From NCBI RefSeq assembly GCF_009914755.1, contig NC_060934.1: DNA of 64,000 bases. One strand, given 5' to 3'. A program made the translations under genes and the position numbers. This stretch comes from the human T2T-CHM13v2.0 reference genome, Homo sapiens. The notes beneath the pieces are model-generated. The model did not search any database and was not told the origin of the DNA. It saw only the letters and a program-made list of their open reading frames with translations. Positions 57,524 to 64,000 of the stretch are shown piece after piece. The stretch's first letter is position 1. Each line of letters begins with the position of its first letter.

Positions 57524-57820
57524 TCAACTTTGTAGAGCGAGGGGCCAACTTGGCAGAGCGCGCGGCCAGCTTTGCAGAGAGCGCCCTCCAGGGACTATGC
57601 GTGCGGGGACACGGGTCGCTTTGGGCTCTTCCACCCCTGCGGAGCGCACTATCCCGAGCCAGGGGCGGTGCAAGCCCCGCCCGGCCCTACCCAGGGCGGC
57701 TCCTCCCTCCGCAGCGCCGAGACTTTTAGTTTCGCTTTCGCTAAAGGGGCCCCAGACCCTTGCTGCGGAGCGACGGAGAGAGACTGTGCCAGTCCCAGCC
57801 GCCCTACCGCCGTGGGAACG
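57524..57820 (+). other. CASP7: CASP7 (caspase-7) main first exon, 5'UTR (5' end approximate; coding exons lie beyond the window)
   Basis: …CCGCCGTGGGAACG|GTAACT donor at 57820/57821; recalled as the sequence immediately preceding the CASP7 ATG in the mRNA; head-to-head with NRAP. Confidence 0.85.
57728..57739 (+). promoter_or_regulatory. ISRE / IRF element AGTTTCGCTTTC
   Basis: Exact match to AGTTTCNNTTTC. Confidence 0.8.
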
Positions 57821-60684
57821 GTAACTGCAGCCCCCACCTCGGCCGGCGCCTCTCCAGCCCGCCGGCCGTGCGCGCCTTGCCTCCCTCCTTCCTGCCGGCT
57901 TCCTAGTTCCCCCCTGCGCCCCCAGCGTGGTCTAGGGGAGCCTGGTTGAGTGGGACTGAGTGGCCCCGACGGCCTGCGCTGAAACTTTGGGAAGAGGGCC
58001 CTTTCCGCTCTCTCCATCGCTTGCCTTGCTCAGCTTGTCCTCCCTTCCCTCCTAGCCGGGGGGCTAGGGGACACCTCGTACTATTCGAGATTTAGGAGAG
58101 GAGGGCTCGTGATCTGGCACAGCGGCTAACAGCGAGGGCTCCTTTGCCTGCGTTCCGGTCCCCACCCCTTGCCTGCCGGCGGTGGGACCTCAACCCTCTC
58201 TCTGTTAAATGGGAACCACGGTGATCCCCGCAGACTGTTGGCGGGGATGGACAGAGTTGATTATGGTACGCGTTTCGCGGCAGTGGCTCTGTCAAGTCTG
58301 AGTACACTGGAGCTGAGCGTCCTTGCTGCAGGGCTCTTAGAGGGACCTTGAGGAGGTGGAAACCAGGCAGGAGACATTTAGACGTGTGGAGTGTTAGGCT
58401 CCAGGTGACAGCTTTGCGGTTTATGGAGCAGTAAAATTACTTGTGGGTGATTGTGGGTGTATCATTTCCAGATCTTTATTCTTGAACTTCTGGGCTCCTG
58501 GGCTAGTTGACGTGGCCCTCCCTGTTGTCTCAACTTACAGGCTATTTCCTCCTTTTGGGTCTCGCCGGCCTGACCTTCACCCTTGGTACCGCCATTGCCT
58601 AGATTCACAGTCCACCTTCTGCCACCTGTAAACTGTGTGGCTTTGGACAGGTTACTTAACGTCTCTGAAGAAGCTAAAGTTTCTGCAATAGCAAAGTAAA
58701 GGCCCTGGTCTAGCAGTGCCATGAGCCTTGGGTGACGCAGCGGAGCGCTTGAGTGCCCAGCAGAGCCTCCCTTTCCCCCTCCCAGCTGCTAGAGGCAAGA
58801 GGGGGAGGTTTTCAGGTCTTCTCTGTGTGCCCTTTAGGAAGATTTTTATTTGGGCAAGAAGTGAGTCACAAATTGTATGATGTCACTTTTCAGGGGAAGC
58901 AGCTGCAGTCCATTTCCCCCTTCATGAAAGTAAAAAGTTCAGACAATAGCTGGGCAGTGACTTCTTACCCAGCTGTGTACCAGTTGCCCCAACATGTGGG
59001 CTCCTGTTCAACATGTTTAGAAATAATCACTACAGGAACTTTTTTTCAGTCTCTACAAAATCTTTTTAAAATATGGATGTGGTTTTTAAATATCGGCAAA
59101 GGTTGACAGTTGCATATTATCTTAGTCTCGTGGGCAGTGGTGATAATGGGAATATTTCTTGACTATTTAGATTGTGCCACCTAGCATTTTACATGCATTG
59201 TTTCATTCATCCTCCCAACCACCTGTGACATAGGTACTGTTGTTTTCCCATTTTACAGATGAGGAAACTGAGGCTTAGAGAGGTCGAGCACTTTTTCTGA
59301 GGTCCCATGGCTAATATGTGGAAGAACTGATTCAGCCCCAGATCTCAGGGTTCTCAACCACCCTCTTGGGTCTCCTTGGTTCTGCTGTTTGGACAGCAGT
59401 TTATTGAAGGGGCTGAAGGATTTGAAAATACATTTAAGTTAGGTTTATAAAGAAAAATGGATTTGGTGCCTGCCATGTACCTGACATTTTTCTATGATTA
59501 AAAAAATGATTAAGATGAGGTCTCAGTCTGCAAACAGTGACAATCTTGGTGGCTAATAGTAAGAATAAGAGTTACAGTGACTAACCAAGACTTACTATGT
59601 GCCTATCATTGTTAGTGCTTTGAGTGTCTCATGTATTAATTTATTTAAAGAGAAGTTAGACATATTTAACAGTGGGATAAGCAATCTCCCTCAAATGACT
59701 GCTCTTTGCAGCCTGGACCTTAAAAAGGGGACAGATATGAGAAAATAATGCCATGTGTACCCTCTACGGACAGCTTGGCAGAACTGAGATAGGTCTGGAT
59801 TTTCTTGGTGCACTGTGATGATGAAAGGAGGAAATAAGAGGTCAAAACCAGGTCTTGGTTTGACTGAAATGACGTGTCTGAGATCAGGCATTCCCCACTT
59901 GGTTACCACCCTGGGCTATGATCGCTCTTTGGAGGTTCCAAAAATCAAGCCCAGTCTCATAGGAATAAGAAAGTAACTAATTGTTTAGCTTTACAGATTT
60001 GAAAGAGCCAAGTCCCACCACTGCTGACTTGGATTGTTAGAAGAGACACTTTCTGTCACTGCAGACAGTGTTCAGCATCAACCCAGAAGGATGCGGTAGG
60101 TTTCAGACAGAAGACCTAATGGCCTACTGTTTGGAGGGAAAGTTCTAGAAAGCGTCCCATCATTGAGCCACAGAAATCAGCCTGAATTTTACATCTCAGT
60201 AGCTAAGTCCAAAGCCCTCTCTTAGTGTCTGAGAAGGATGAGTTTAAGCTATACCCATCCTTTGGTGGAACATTTCAAATGTTTAATGAGTGCACAGTTC
60301 TCTCTGCCTGCATCGCTCCCACCTACCCTCTCTGCTTCCCCCTTTTCAGTTCTCAGGTCAGACATTTCCTCCCCTGAGGAGTTTCCCTAATTTCTGTGAG
60401 GCTCTTGAGTTTCCCTGGTATGGCTACAGATTGTTCACCCTCAAGGCATACACCACAGTTGCATTTCAAACTAGACGCCATCCTTTTTTTCATGTCTGTT
60501 TCTCAACATGGCAGGACCAGGTCAATTTGCTCACAAGTATATCCCTAATTCCTAACTTCTAGTAAATATCCATTGAATGAATGAAGAAGAGTCTCCAAAA
60601 GTCTCAGCAGTCCCAATAATATCAAAACAAAGGCTTGGCTTTCTTAGGAGCCATTTTGCTTAGGGTCTTCCCCTTTTTCAAAAC

Positions 60685-63919
<3,235 letters not shown>

Positions 63920-64000
63920 TTAGTCCATTTGGGATGCTATTACAAAATACCCTAAACTGGGTAGCTTATAAACAACAGAAATATATTTCTTGTAGTTCTG
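63920..64000. mobile_element. MaLR LTR (MST/MLT1A-like) edge, cut by window end
   Basis: ttagtccatttgggatgctattacaaaatacc…aaacaacagaaatatatttc. Confidence 0.65.

Larger units (their letters stand above)
56960..58330. promoter_or_regulatory. CASP7: CpG island / CASP7 promoter
   Basis: Abrupt GC- and CpG-rich stretch; E2F-type TTTCGCGGC at 57385-57393 (-) and 58273-58281 (+); GC boxes. Confidence 0.92.

Noticed and set aside
56673-58017. Multiple 100-150-aa ORFs in the CASP7 CpG island as separate genes
   Set aside because: Stop-poor GC-rich or repeat sequence. Only the frames relevant to the CASP7 leader were kept as a finding.

Overview
Human (hominid) genomic DNA, recognisable as the NRAP-CASP7 locus (10q25.3 from memory). 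The left two-thirds hold the 5' half of NRAP (nebulin-related anchoring protein) on the minus strand. I mapped 23 coding exons by hand with GT/AG boundaries, from the ATG at 41771 to exon 23 at 1166 (2457 nt, 819 aa). They encode an N-terminal LIM domain followed by ~35-aa nebulin modules, all in phase-0 exons from exon 4 on; the gene continues beyond the left edge. A ~15-kb transposon-dense spacer follows (MLT2, MER58, MER2, MLT1, MER41-group and MER11 fragments, a 5'-truncated dead L1PA4-like LINE, Alus). Next come the CpG-island promoter and non-coding first exon(s) of CASP7 on the plus strand, then CASP7 intron 1 with an old L1M. Almost all ORFs in the supplied track are spurious (repeat-derived, antisense or exon read-through). 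I see no new gene or unknown multi-gene system. The most interesting structures are: (1) a compound minisatellite just upstream of CASP7 that repeats a near-consensus estrogen-response palindrome (GGTCAgggTGAAC) at ~40-bp intervals with (GT)n spacers; (2) a GAS-GAS-ISRE cluster plus a uORF and an in-frame non-AUG extension in the CASP7 leader; (3) Alu pairs that bracket exactly one NRAP super-repeat; (4) an in-frame cryptic exon candidate next to a UG array in NRAP intron 3; (5) a twin-primed L1 whose target site overlaps the exon-7 splice donor; (6) a 30-copy 18-bp G-rich VNTR in intron 9. Repeat subfamily names and literature statements are from memory and were not verified by search.
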